A DNA stretch of 59,105 nt, filler included. It is 6 parts of 6 records of this genome, joined end to end, with 100 filler letters (N's around TTAATTAATTAA, not from the genome) between each part and the next. Parts side by side here need not be neighbours in the genome. Positions count along the whole stretch, not along the records: positions 21,252 to 31,217 come from SRR22947725_962; positions 31,318 to 39,559 come from SRR22947725_968; 4 more parts are not named here. One strand, 5' to 3'. A program made the position numbers and the translations under genes. This document shows, piece by piece, positions 22,192 through 32,159 of the stretch (positions are counted from its first letter, which is position 1; every line of letters begins with the position of its first letter). The notes under the pieces are model-generated. The model saw only the letters and a list, made by a program, of their open reading frames with translations, was not told the origin of the DNA and did no database searches.

Positions 22192-24111
22192 TTGAGCAAA
22201 AAGATTACGCGACGAGATCTGTTAAATGGCTTGGCGCTCGGCACGGGTGCTGCGCTGACTGGGTATCCTGCCGTCAATTGGGCGCTAGCGCCATCGGTTG
22301 CTGGTCAGAGGATTATGGACGCGCCATCCGCGAGCGCCTATCCACCCACTTTGACGGGCATGCGGGGCAGCCATCCCGGCTCTTTTGAAGTGGCGCATGC
22401 GCTCGCTTGGCAGGGCGAGAAGCCTGCAACATATCAGGCAGTTGATGAACACTATGATTTGGTGGTGGTTGGCGCTGGGGTGAGTGGGTTGGCTGCGGCC
22501 TGGTATTACCAAAAGCAACAAGGTGAAGATGTAAAAATTCTGTTGCTTGATAATCATGATGACTTTGGCGGCCATGCAAAGCGAAACGAGTTTCATCACC
22601 AAGGCAAAATGGTACTCAGCACTGGCGGCGCCGTTCAAGTTGATACATTGAGCGGCTATAGTGAAATGGCGACCCAATTGATGGCGGATTTGGGGATCGA
22701 TGAAGACATGATTGAAGCCATGCAACGGCAGACCCCAACGGACTATCTGTTGGGGGGGCAGATGCAGGCAGACGTTGGACTTTCGATCAAGGGCGAGGGC
22801 GAGCATGAGCACGTGACCATTGGCGGTCATTGGCTTAAATTTTTTCATGGCCGAGGTGATTACGTATCGGCAGTTGAGGCGCTGCCGATTCCTGAGAATC
22901 AACAGGCAAAGCTGATTGCGTTCTTTGGTGGCGATGAGGATTACCTCGATGACTTATCCCTGTTCGATAAATGGGAATACATTAACGACACCCGCTATAA
23001 CCATTTTTTGATTGACCGCGTTGGCCTCACCCGCGAAACCTTGCCGATTCTGGGCGCGCATTTGTCGGTTTTGAATGGGCCTTCTGGCTGGCAACACACC
23101 GTGTATGAAGCCATTTTGGCCGGCGCGCCAGGGTTGCGCGCACTGGGCTGGGTTACGAACTTTATCGATAGTGCAGCGGCAGCGGTGCTGGATGATGTAT
23201 CCGAAATCCGAATGTTTCCTGACGGCAATGCATCGGTTGCGCGATTGCTGGTTCAGGCGCTAATCCCGGAGGTCGCACCTGCTATGGACGGCATCTCGGA
23301 TGTCGCAATCGCGCAGTTTGACTACGATGCGCTGGATGAGGCCAAGCAAAACATTCGGGTGCGTTTGAGCAGCACGGTTGTGGGTGTTAAGGAAATGACT
23401 GACGAAAAAGTCCAAGTCGACTATGTCAAAAATGGTGAGCCCTTGCGTGTGACCGCGAACCATTGCGTGCTGGCGTGTTACAACGCAATGATTCCGCATC
23501 TCTGCCCAGAGATGAGCGATGCCCAGAAGCAGGGACTAAGCTATGGTGAAAAGGTGCCATTCGTCTTCGCCAATGTCTTGTTGGCAGATGGTGTCGCTTT
23601 TTCACAGCTGGGGCCGACGATTACCCAGTGTCCTTTTGACGCATTTCAGTGGGTGGTCGCAGGCCCAACCATGACGACCGGCGGGTATGCGCCGCCCCGA
23701 ACGGCAGCAGACCCGATGGTCGTGTTTATGATGGGCTCGCCTACGCCTGCAGATGACGAGACAAGCTCGGCTCGGGACTTGTTTCGCCGCGGGCGGCATA
23801 AAATTTATGCAACAACGTTTGCCGAGTACGAACAAAATATTCGCGAGCAGCTACAGTCGCTACTCGGCGCCCACGGGTTCGATCACGAAACTGATATTCA
23901 AGCCATCACTGTAAATCGCATCCCGCATGGCTATGCCTATTGGTATTGGGGTCTCGATGATCCTGAATGGTCGCCGGGACAAGCCCCGCATGAGATCGGC
24001 CGAAAACAGTTTGGTCGAATCTCGATCGCCAACTCAGATTCACAAGCCCGGCCTTATATGGACGGCGCTTTCGATGCCGCTTTTCGAGCGGTGGATGAGC
24101 AAATCGCCTAG
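22192..24111 (+). CDS. Tat-exported FAD-dependent oxidoreductase (spermidine dehydrogenase SpdH-like)
   Basis: TRRDLL Tat motif, YPP.LTGMRGSHPGSFEVAH, GAGVSG, NHDDFGGHAKRNEF, VNR.PHGYAY, GRISIANSDS. Confidence 0.85.
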   Translation: MSKKITRRDLLNGLALGTGAALTGYPAVNWALAPSVAGQRIMDAPSASAYPPTLTGMRGSHPGSFEVAHALAWQGEKPATYQAVDEHYDLVVVGAGVSGLAAAWYYQKQQGEDVKILLLDNHDDFGGHAKRNEFHHQGKMVLSTGGAVQVDTLSGYSEMATQLMADLGIDEDMIEAMQRQTPTDYLLGGQMQADVGLSIKGEGEHEHVTIGGHWLKFFHGRGDYVSAVEALPIPENQQAKLIAFFGGDEDYLDDLSLFDKWEYINDTRYNHFLIDRVGLTRETLPILGAHLSVLNGPSGWQHTVYEAILAGAPGLRALGWVTNFIDSAAAAVLDDVSEIRMFPDGNASVARLLVQALIPEVAPAMDGISDVAIAQFDYDALDEAKQNIRVRLSSTVVGVKEMTDEKVQVDYVKNGEPLRVTANHCVLACYNAMIPHLCPEMSDAQKQGLSYGEKVPFVFANVLLADGVAFSQLGPTITQCPFDAFQWVVAGPTMTTGGYAPPRTAADPMVVFMMGSPTPADDETSSARDLFRRGRHKIYATTFAEYEQNIREQLQSLLGAHGFDHETDIQAITVNRIPHGYAYWYWGLDDPEWSPGQAPHEIGRKQFGRISIANSDSQARPYMDGAFDAAFRAVDEQIA

Positions 24112-24659
24112 ATTTGTAGGAGCGTTTCCTTTGAAGTTTTTGATCGCTTTTCAAAAAAAAGCATCAAGGGTGAAAAATGGAGCTCACTGCTTAATGAGCT
24201 GGAATTTCAGGGTATGAAGCTAGTCGATTGGTGGATAGCCTTCACAATGTCCCAATATTATCGGCGCTATTGAGGAAAAGATGGTTTGCCGAGTTGTTGG
24301 TTACAGGGTGATCTCGCATCGTTAGCTGGCGGGTCTGAATGGGGCGCCGCGATTCAAACGATCCGCGAAAGCGCCTGCAGAAACGCGCAATAAATTACAG
24401 TCGATAAATTGCTTCTGCTAAGGGGCGATCTTTGTCAGAGCATCGCCTAAGTTCCTAAGCTCGACAACCCTGCACGCCATGGGCAGTGCCTTGTAGTTAG
24501 CTACTACCTTAAAACGTCGCAAGCAGCCTTGGTATTACCGGTCTGTGCAGGGCTGATTAGAGGATCTGCAATTTAGTCCCGGCTGATGCGGCCGTAACTG
24601 TTAACACGTTAAAAAAAATGTTAATAATGAACTTCAATTTAGCCCGCCAGGAACCAACG

Positions 24660-25454
24660 ATGTCAGAAGCAGCCGCTCTTAAAACTGAAATCAGAAGAAA
24701 CATGACCTATCCGCCGGTGTTTGCAACGCCTGCTGAGGAGAGACAAGAACGCAAGCGAAAGCTCACGGCCGCGCTCCGGGTTTTCGGGAAGTTTGGCTTT
24801 GATGAGGGTGTAGCAGGGCACTTTACCGTTCGCGATCCAGAGCGCCTCGATCACTTTTGGGTAAACCCCTTTGGCCGTTCGTTTAAACAGATGCGGGTCT
24901 CAGACTTGATTCTGGTGAATCATGATGGCGAAATTGTCGAAGGCGATGGGTTGCTCAATCAAGCCGCGTTCGCGATCCATTCCCAGATCCATAAGAATTT
25001 GCCTCACGTGACGGCAGCCGCGCATACTCACTCGTTGTATGGCAAAGCTTGGGCGAGCTTAGGCCGTTTGCTTGATCCGTTAACGCAAGATTCTTGCGCG
25101 TTTTATGAAGATCACGTGCTATTCAATGACTATACGGGTGTGGTGCTCGACACCTCAGAAGGCGAGCGGATCTCAGCAGCGCTCGGCACAAAAAAAGCAG
25201 CGATTCTCCAAAATCACGGTTTGTTAACCGTCGGTCAAACGGTTGACGAGGTCGCGTGGTGGTACATCAGTATGGAGCGAAGCTGTCAGGCGCAACTGTT
25301 AGCGGAAGCCGCTGGGACACCGGTGCAGATAAGACCTGAAATTGCATCACTCACCCAGAAACAGGTCGGGCAGCCCTCAGGTGGTTACTTCAGTTTCAAA
25401 CCGATCTATGACGTCATGCTGGCTGAGCAACCCGAGATGTTTGACGACCAATAA
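24660..25454 (+). CDS. Class II aldolase/adducin family protein
   Basis: EGVAGHFTVRDP, AFAIHSQIH, HTHS and NHG zinc motifs. Confidence 0.92.
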   Translation: MSEAAALKTEIRRNMTYPPVFATPAEERQERKRKLTAALRVFGKFGFDEGVAGHFTVRDPERLDHFWVNPFGRSFKQMRVSDLILVNHDGEIVEGDGLLNQAAFAIHSQIHKNLPHVTAAAHTHSLYGKAWASLGRLLDPLTQDSCAFYEDHVLFNDYTGVVLDTSEGERISAALGTKKAAILQNHGLLTVGQTVDEVAWWYISMERSCQAQLLAEAAGTPVQIRPEIASLTQKQVGQPSGGYFSFKPIYDVMLAEQPEMFDDQ

Positions 25455-25593
25455 GCGCCAAGGTCGTTGAAAGTAGGCGGCGTCTTTGTTTTTATGTGTG
25501 GTGGCGTTTGGGCGCGGGTGAAGAAAACTTGAAGGCTGTGGCCGGAATCGAGCTAAGCAGTTTTAGCCTTTAAAAAAAGGGCTTGCGTATTTT

Positions 25594-25780
25594 TCAGGGC
25601 GTTTTCGTTACAGCAGTTTTTCGAGAAACTGACCAGTGTTCGATGTCTGATCAATAGTAAGGCGTAGTTCTGTCAAGGACGGTGTAATGTACGCCTTTCT
25701 GGAAGTGGCAATCGTGCCACCGCCTAATCCTATTTGACGTCAAAGCCTGCCGACAATTTGCCCATGCTTAGAGCAATGAT
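25594..25780 (-). pseudogene. Decayed phage excisionase-like HTH gene, copy 1
   Basis: Reads ...IRRWHDCHFQKGVHYTVLDRTTPYY*SDIEHWSVSRKTAVTKTP*; internal stops and frameshift; homologous to 26612-26805. Confidence 0.6.
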
Positions 25781-25898
25781 AACAAGGTACTGATAAGTAT
25801 CGCAGATCGTGACATAACTAAAGTCGCAACGAAGTTGCTTGCGAAGGTGTTTTCTGAAACGAGGTTACCGCTCCATCGCCAGTGATGGTTAAAACCCT

Positions 25899-26318
25899 CT
25901 AAAAACTTTCACTGATATACTCCGATAGATCATTGATGTCGGTATCACTCAATAAACTTGCTTGACTCCACATCATTACGGATTGTCTGCCGACTTTCTC
26001 TTTATTCTTGTAGGCAGTCAAACGCCCTTTAATATAGGAAAGTGCTTGCCCTTGTAGTTTAGGACCAATACCACCTTCACCATTTCCACCGTGACATGAC
26101 GCACAACCTGCGTACAGCTTCTCACCAGCCGAGACAACCTTCACAGGTTTAGCAGAAGCACCGCCTGCGATTGCGACGGTAGGACTAAACAGTTCGTAAT
26201 CAACTGTCTTTGGCTGTTCCTTAGGCGGGGTTACTCTCGTGCCGAATATCTTGTTCGGGTCGCAGGCTGTCAGCAGCATCGCCAGCGGTATCAATATCCA
26301 TAGGTTCTTTCGTGTCAT
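25899..26318 (-). CDS. Lipoprotein monoheme cytochrome c (c553-like)
   Basis: LTAC lipobox, CASCH heme motif, GPKL.GQ, distal Met (VMMWSQA). Confidence 0.9.
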   Translation of the reverse strand: MTRKNLWILIPLAMLLTACDPNKIFGTRVTPPKEQPKTVDYELFSPTVAIAGGASAKPVKVVSAGEKLYAGCASCHGGNGEGGIGPKLQGQALSYIKGRLTAYKNKEKVGRQSVMMWSQASLLSDTDINDLSEYISESF

Positions 26319-26611
26319 GTTTTAGTGCCTCAAACACCTTCTGTTTCGCAGTCTTATTCGTTTCTCATCCTGCGATGGACCACTCGCAATTAAAGTAAGT
26401 GTTAGGCAAAGCCCTCAACAGGTTTTCATGAGGTCTCATGAGTTGTCGAGAATCTCGATTAAAGTATTTTTAGACTGTCTGCAAAGCACTTATTGCTTAT
26501 TTGCTCGTTTGAAATCTGCAGATTGCGATACAGGGGGAGGGTGTGTTGGAGGTTGGGATCGGAATCGACCTGAGCAGTTTAAGCCTTTAAAAATGGGGCT
26601 TCTTGTTTTTG

Positions 26612-26805
26612 TTACACCGTTTGCGTTACACCGATTTTTCGAGAAGCCAACCAGGTTTCAATGTCTGATAAATAGTAGAGCGTAGTCTTGCCAACAACTA
26701 TGTAGTACACGCCGTTTTGTAAGTCGCGATCTTGCCACCCCCCCTAATTATATCTGGCGTGACACCAATGTCTTTCGCTAATTTGTCTCTGCTTACAGCG
26801 ATCAT
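26612..26805 (-). pseudogene. Frameshifted phage excisionase-like HTH gene, copy 2
   Basis: MIAVSRDKLAKDIGVTPDIIRG/WQDRDLQNGVYYIVVGKTTLYYLSDIETWLASRKIGVTQTV*, with a frameshift in a G-run near 26740. Confidence 0.65.
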
Positions 26806-26910
26806 AGCAATGCACCAATGATCATCGTAGATCCAGAACCAACTAAAATCGTAACAAAAATTCTTGCAACTGCGTTTTCTGCTCCGGGGTTATCGCCCCA
26901 TCGTGTACGC

Positions 26911-27132
26911 TTAAACATCTTCAACTCTCGCAATATCACTTTCATCGCTTACCGTATTAAAATTTGATTCGCTTCTAAATTCGTCTTCTTCTCGCGCATC
27001 AGGGCTTTCTAATTGCATCGCTATAAGCAGCTCAGCGTAATGGATGATCTTCCTGAGATCGTCTAGGTTACCAGCCTGCTTTCGTTTCCAGCTGCAAGCG
27101 TACTCAACGATACTGGGCATCTCTGCTGGCAT
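26911..27132 (-). pseudogene. Phage DUF3310/SaV-like protein fragment
   Basis: IVEYACSWKRK..G.LDDLRKIIHYAELLI pattern; N-terminus apparently missing. Confidence 0.55.
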
Positions 27133-27142
27133 TGCGATTACA

Positions 27143-27334
27143 ATGTTTCGTATGGCTGTTGCAGACGACTGGATTGATGACTTGACGTTTCACGATAGTC
27201 GGCAGGCAGCGACAAACAGACTGGCGCGTAAGTTACAGGGGTTAGACCTGGGGCGCGTCACTGGCCTCAGAGAAATCGAGCAACGGATGATCTATTACAA
27301 CCAAGATGCGCGCGAGTTTGCGGGGTTGCTCTAG
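27143..27334 (+). pseudogene. Tyrosine integrase C-terminal remnant
   Basis: DLTFHDSRQAATNRLARKL..LDLGRVTGLR....MIYYN: HxxR box and catalytic Tyr region with both downstream His residues substituted; N-terminal part absent. Confidence 0.7.
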
Positions 27335-27504
27335 CCTTTTGCCCTGCGAACGGTGTCGGCTTTCAGCCACGCGGCTCTAGCGTATGTGGGCGCTTTTAGC
27401 GCAACGTACCATGGAAATTGTTCAGCTTATCAAACCACTTTATCTTGGCCTTAGACTGGGTTTGGCTTTCCAGCGCCTCTGGCGCCTTAACTAAAGTTTG
27501 CCAC

Positions 27505-28416
27505 TCACCGTGATTGTGGAAACTGACTCACGATCAGACTTAGCAATCGGTCCGTCATCATACTGGTTGTATGTATTGATGACTTCGCGATGCTCAGATA
27601 ATGCTTTGGCATTTCCACCACGTCGCGTAGTACCCAGAGGTGTTCATCGAGATCTCCGAAGGTAGGGGAAGTTTGCATCATGGGGAACCAGGCATCGGTG
27701 GCATGGACAAGCTGTAGTACCAGGTCAATATCGTCAGTGACATAACGAGGCTTGGGTGGGTCAAGGTCGTGGTGAGCATAGCGCTTTGCAGTATCTGAAT
27801 GAATGGGATTCACACTCGCTGGCAAAATCAGGGGATAACCCAACACATCGACTTCACTGATACTGGTCGATTGCGCGAGTGGATGTTCTTTTCTGAGAAG
27901 ACAAGCAAAGTGAAGTTCAGCCAGAGAAATGACGTCCAACTCGCTCCACCGATTCAGATAGCTGGACCCGATGATGAGATGGACGTCTCCAGCTAGCATT
28001 CGGGGGCACAGCGTCTGCGGGCTACCGGTCACGACTTTTACTTCGACCTGCGGGAATTCTTTAGCGAGCTCGCGGATCGCATGATGCGCGTGAATTAGAT
28101 TGGATGATGGCGTTACACCAAGGCAAATTCGACCCGTCACCTTGCTTCCGGAGGCTTGGATATCACTGATTAGATCGTCTACATTACGGAGAATCTGTTC
28201 CGCCTGCGAGACAAACAGCTCCCCCTGTTCCGAGAGCGCAATACCCCGCGGTCGACGATGAAACAGTTTTACGCCAAGGGTCTCTTCAACCTCGGCAATA
28301 CTCCTAGATAAGGCTGACTGAGTGATGCCGAGGTTTTCTCCAGCCAAGGTAATCGATTCGGCTTTGGCTACTTCAACGATGTAGCGCATTCGTTTGAGAT
28401 CTATTGGGCTAGACAT
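27505..28416 (-). CDS. LysR family transcriptional regulator
   Basis: HTH SITLAGENLGITQSALSRSI..VE..LGVKLF.R. Confidence 0.93.
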   Translation of the reverse strand: MSSPIDLKRMRYIVEVAKAESITLAGENLGITQSALSRSIAEVEETLGVKLFHRRPRGIALSEQGELFVSQAEQILRNVDDLISDIQASGSKVTGRICLGVTPSSNLIHAHHAIRELAKEFPQVEVKVVTGSPQTLCPRMLAGDVHLIIGSSYLNRWSELDVISLAELHFACLLRKEHPLAQSTSISEVDVLGYPLILPASVNPIHSDTAKRYAHHDLDPPKPRYVTDDIDLVLQLVHATDAWFPMMQTSPTFGDLDEHLWVLRDVVEMPKHYLSIAKSSIHTTSMMTDRLLSLIVSQFPQSR

Positions 28417-28429
28417 TGGATAAATTGAT

Positions 28430-28444
28430 ATTCATAAAACGAAT
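28430..28444. promoter_or_regulatory. LysR recognition box
   Basis: ATTC-N7-GAAT (T-N11-A) between the divergent LysR and amidohydrolase genes. Confidence 0.6.
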
Positions 28445-28529
28445 GACAATGAGTCAAACCTGAATTGGTACTCATGTCAATCACGCTCTACGATAAAATT
28501 TTAATCAGGCAAGTAGTCAGGAGAGCACT

Positions 28530-30191
28530 ATGAGGCACGATATCGTAATTCGTGGCGGTAATATTATTGATGGAACAGGATCGGAAGCATTTATGGGTGA
28601 TGTTGCCATTGATGATGGATTGATTACTGCGATAGGGACTGTTGAGGGCCAAGGCAGAGAGGAGATTGATGCTGCTGGTCTTGCGGTTACGCCGGGTTTT
28701 GTTGACATACACACACACCTTGACGCCCAGATCGGTTGGGACCCTGAAATGACGCCGATCAGTTGGCATGGTGTCACCACCGCCTTGATTGGAAACTGTG
28801 GCCTGACATTCGCGCCCTGTAAACCCGATGATGTTGAGCTCCTTGCCGGCATGATGGAAACCGTCGAGGACATTCCCAAGCAAGCCATTCTCTCTGGCCT
28901 TCCTTGGAACTGGGAACATTACGGCCAATACCTTGACATGTTGGAAGGGCTGAAGCCCTCCCTGAATGTTGCAGGACTCGTGGGGCATTGTGCCGTTCGC
29001 TATTACGTTATGGGTGATCGGTCTTTTGACGAGCAGTCAACTGATGCTGAAAAACAGCAGATGGCAGACATCGTAGAGCAAGCCATGAAAGATGGCGCGG
29101 TGGGATTCTCGTCTAATCGTTACGAGCCACATAAAGCACCCGATGGCCGTTCAATTCCGGGTACATTTGCCGAGCGTTCTGAACTTGAAGAGATTGCTAA
29201 GGTTGTTGGGCCGCGTGATGGGTTGTTCCAACTTGTGGGTGCTGATTACGAGATTATGAAGGCGGTTGCAGGAACAGAGCGCAGCAGGATTCTGTTTAGC
29301 CATGGTTGTTCAGGAGAAGAAGGCTCCGGCAAGAAGGCTGCGTCATTGCTGGACGAGTTGAACTTGGAAGGACGTAACATCACTGGTATAAGTCATACCC
29401 GCGGTTCTGGATTCCTGTTTGGTCTCCAGTCGAGTATACCGATCGTGGGTCCTGCATGGGATGCGTTGAGAGAGAAGGATTTCGAAGGAAGACTCCTCGC
29501 TATTAACGATGAAGCGTTTTGTAAGACTTTGACAGCAGAGGCACGGGAACCGAACTCTTGTCGCATCCCTCTGCAAAAAGTCCACTTCCTGGGTCTCGAA
29601 GACGTACCTGATCATAGCGCCGCACAGAACCTGATCGAGTTATCAAAAGCTGCGGGCGAACATTGGTCTGAAACATTCCTTCGCCTCTCGCGAGACAGTC
29701 AGGGCCGAGGTCTTTTCAATTGGCGCATGTTTGGCGGCAACCTTAAAGAGAATGGTGATCTTTTTGCGAGTGAACATCTAATCCCAGGTCTTGGTGATGT
29801 TGGTGCCCACGTTTCTCAGATAATGGATGCCGGTTGGGCAAGCTTTATGCTTTCGCATTATGTGCGCAAGGCAGGTGTGTTTACGCTCCCGCAAGCGATC
29901 AAACGAATGGCAGCGGATCCTGCGGCGGTGGTTGGTCTCACTGACAGGGGAATCTTGAAAGCCGGGATGAAGGCAGACATTAATGTGTTTAACCCAGCAG
30001 AAGTAACCGAGTTGCAACCTGTATTGGTGAATGACTTCCCTGGCGGCGCACCGCGATACATTCAAAAGGCACGTGGCTTCAAGGCAACGCTTGTTAACGG
30101 GCGAATCAATGTTCTAGATGGAGAAACAACGGGTGTTCGCGCAGGGCAGGTACTTCGTCACCAACGACAATTCAATAGTGCAACTGCATGA
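28530..30191 (+). CDS. N-acyl-D-amino-acid deacylase family amidohydrolase
   Basis: IRGGNIIDGTG, PGFVDIHTHLD, HGVTT..GNCG, DRG.LK.GMKADINVF. Confidence 0.9.
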   Translation: MRHDIVIRGGNIIDGTGSEAFMGDVAIDDGLITAIGTVEGQGREEIDAAGLAVTPGFVDIHTHLDAQIGWDPEMTPISWHGVTTALIGNCGLTFAPCKPDDVELLAGMMETVEDIPKQAILSGLPWNWEHYGQYLDMLEGLKPSLNVAGLVGHCAVRYYVMGDRSFDEQSTDAEKQQMADIVEQAMKDGAVGFSSNRYEPHKAPDGRSIPGTFAERSELEEIAKVVGPRDGLFQLVGADYEIMKAVAGTERSRILFSHGCSGEEGSGKKAASLLDELNLEGRNITGISHTRGSGFLFGLQSSIPIVGPAWDALREKDFEGRLLAINDEAFCKTLTAEAREPNSCRIPLQKVHFLGLEDVPDHSAAQNLIELSKAAGEHWSETFLRLSRDSQGRGLFNWRMFGGNLKENGDLFASEHLIPGLGDVGAHVSQIMDAGWASFMLSHYVRKAGVFTLPQAIKRMAADPAAVVGLTDRGILKAGMKADINVFNPAEVTELQPVLVNDFPGGAPRYIQKARGFKATLVNGRINVLDGETTGVRAGQVLRHQRQFNSATA

Positions 30192-30437
30192 AGGTAAGCA
30201 GTACTGACTCACTTGATTTGGAGTGCAGAGGGTATGAACTGCAATCTACTCAGACGTGATTGTTTCGCCCATATGGCGTGCATGACGGTAGCTGAAAAAC
30301 GCGCCGATATCAGCGACAAACTGATCACTCGATTTTTTACTGGCAAAAGTGGCGATGAGCAGCTGGTGTGCTAGTGATAGCTTCCCTAATAAGCTCGAAG
30401 CTCATTTGCCTTATCGCCATCTGGTGGAGGGTGCACC

Positions 30438-31217
30438 TTGGCTGAGGTGGCGAGTTACGCAAGCGCACAATCTCGTCGGGCGCCGCTTAGCGTTCTGACT
30501 AAGTTCGTATACGCCTGGGGCGAATTGCCAGGCAGCCATATGAACTTTGCGATTGGCGTTTTTATGTTGCTCTACTACAACCAGATCCTTGGTGTGAGCG
30601 CTACGGCTGTCTCTATCGCGGCAGGGGTAGCATTGTTCGTGGATGCGATGTCGGATCCTTTGATGGGCGCATACTCAGATCAGTTTAAATCGCGGTTAGG
30701 TCGCAGGCACCCCTTCATGTATTTCGCCGCGATTCCACTGGGCGTCTTTATCTGCTTGCTGTTCTCGCCGCCAACGGGTGCAAGCGAAGCGTTTCTTATC
30801 GCATGGATGGTGTCTTTCTTACTCCTTACTCGGCTTACCTTCACGGTGTTTAGTGTGCCATGGAGTGCGTTGATGCCAGAGCTTGCTGTGAAATATGAAG
30901 ACCGGACGTCCCTGGCAGCCTATCGCCCACTTGTTGGTTATGTCTTTGGTGGGTTGTTCGGTATGCTCATTTTTCGCTTTGTCTTTCCATCAAGCGAGGC
31001 TTTCCCTCAGGGACAGTTGAATCCTGATCAGTATCCAGGGTTTGCAATATTGATTGGAAGTCTCATCAGTCTTTGGTGCCTTTTGACCACGCATTTTACC
31101 CGCAGAGAAATCCCGTACCTTTTGCAACCTGTTACCAAAACGAGACCAAACCTAAGTGGGATGGTTGACGAAGTGATATCTGCCTTGAAAAGCAAAAACT
31201 ACCAACTACTTTTGGCC
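30438..31217 (+). CDS. MFS/GPH family sugar transporter, 3' truncated
   Basis: DAMSDPLMGAYSD..KSRLGRRHPF, PWSAL.PEL...YEDRT. Confidence 0.88.
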
Positions 31218-31317
31218 NNNNNNNNNNNNNNNNNNNNNNNNNNNNNNNNNNNNNNNNNNNNTTAATTAATTAANNNNNNNNNNNNNNNNNNNNNNNNNNN
31301 NNNNNNNNNNNNNNNNN
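31218..31317. other. Artificial contig linker
   Basis: N-run, TTAATTAATTAA, N-run. Confidence 0.98.
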
Positions 31318-31884
31318 AGCCGTGTCAGTACTGATGACCAGACCGTTGAAAACCAGTTGATGGTATTGCGTGAAATCGCATCACGCAAGGGGATGACGGT
31401 AGTTGCAGAATTCAATGATGAAGGGATCTCTGGTGCAAAAGGTAGAGACAAAAGAACAGGGTTTGACAACATCATCAAAGGGGCTGTCAAAAAAGACTAT
31501 GACACCATCCTTGTTTGGAGTGTTGATAGACTTGGACGGAGTCTCCAAGACCTCGTTTCTTTCCTAAATGAAGTTCATTCTGTCGATTGTGATTTGTATA
31601 TCCACCAGAGTGGCATCGACACTTCTACTCCTACTGGAAAAATGATGTTCCAAATGTGTGGTGTGTTTTCTGAGTTTGAACGTGGAATGATTCGTGAACG
31701 TGTCGTTGCAGGGCAGAAACGTGCAAAGAACCAAGGAAAACATATTGGAAGGCCTACCAACCTCAACGAAGGACTGGTTCATTCAATCAAGTACATGAAA
31801 GAACAAGGTGTCGGCATTCGTAAGATTGCAAAGGATTTGAGTGTGGGTGTTGGTACTGTCTATAAAGTTTTGGAGGCGGCATAA
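31318..31884 (+). CDS. Small serine recombinase (resolvase/invertase), 5' end cut by contig edge
   Basis: Contig starts SRVSTDDQ (catalytic Ser); DEGISG, DRLGRS, EFER.MIRER, C-terminal HTH IRKIAKDLSVGVGTVY. Confidence 0.93.
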   Translation, partial: SRVSTDDQTVENQLMVLREIASRKGMTVVAEFNDEGISGAKGRDKRTGFDNIIKGAVKKDYDTILVWSVDRLGRSLQDLVSFLNEVHSVDCDLYIHQSGIDTSTPTGKMMFQMCGVFSEFERGMIRERVVAGQKRAKNQGKHIGRPTNLNEGLVHSIKYMKEQGVGIRKIAKDLSVGVGTVYKVLEAA

Positions 31885-32159
31885 TGTGGAAGTTGTTACT
31901 GACACTTCCATTCATACTTTTGTGTAACACTGCACAATCTAATGTCCTTGATGACCAGACAAAGATTGTTCTTGGACAACTGTTGTTGATGGACGCATTC
32001 AGTCGGACTTCAAAAGGAACAGGGATATTGAAAACACCTGTTATAAACCTTGAGAACACTCTCAATGACTGGCAACTGATGAACCCACATAAGACCTGTT
32101 ATATCTCACCTCAATATCACAGTAACGGTTCAGTGACCCCTCACCTACGGTGTCATTGA
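31884..32159 (+). CDS. Hypothetical protein with a signal-peptide-like N-terminus
   Basis: Translationally coupled on both sides (TAATG and TGATG overlaps). Confidence 0.6.
   Translation: MWKLLLTLPFILLCNTAQSNVLDDQTKIVLGQLLLMDAFSRTSKGTGILKTPVINLENTLNDWQLMNPHKTCYISPQYHSNGSVTPHLRCH

Noticed and set aside
24112-24617. Possible ncRNA or pseudogene in a 500-bp gap
   Set aside because: No structure or protein similarity could be supported by eye
26428-26685. 85-aa plus-strand ORF
   Set aside because: Overlaps the antisense excisionase relic and has no recognisable features
25544-26903. CRISPR array, IS ends or att repeats
   Set aside because: Only two long diverged copies with a coding-type divergence pattern; better explained as pseudogenes
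28488-28988. Long antisense ORFs over the amidohydrolase (similar ones over the flavoprotein, rne and pntB)
   Set aside because: Shadow ORFs opposite well-supported genes
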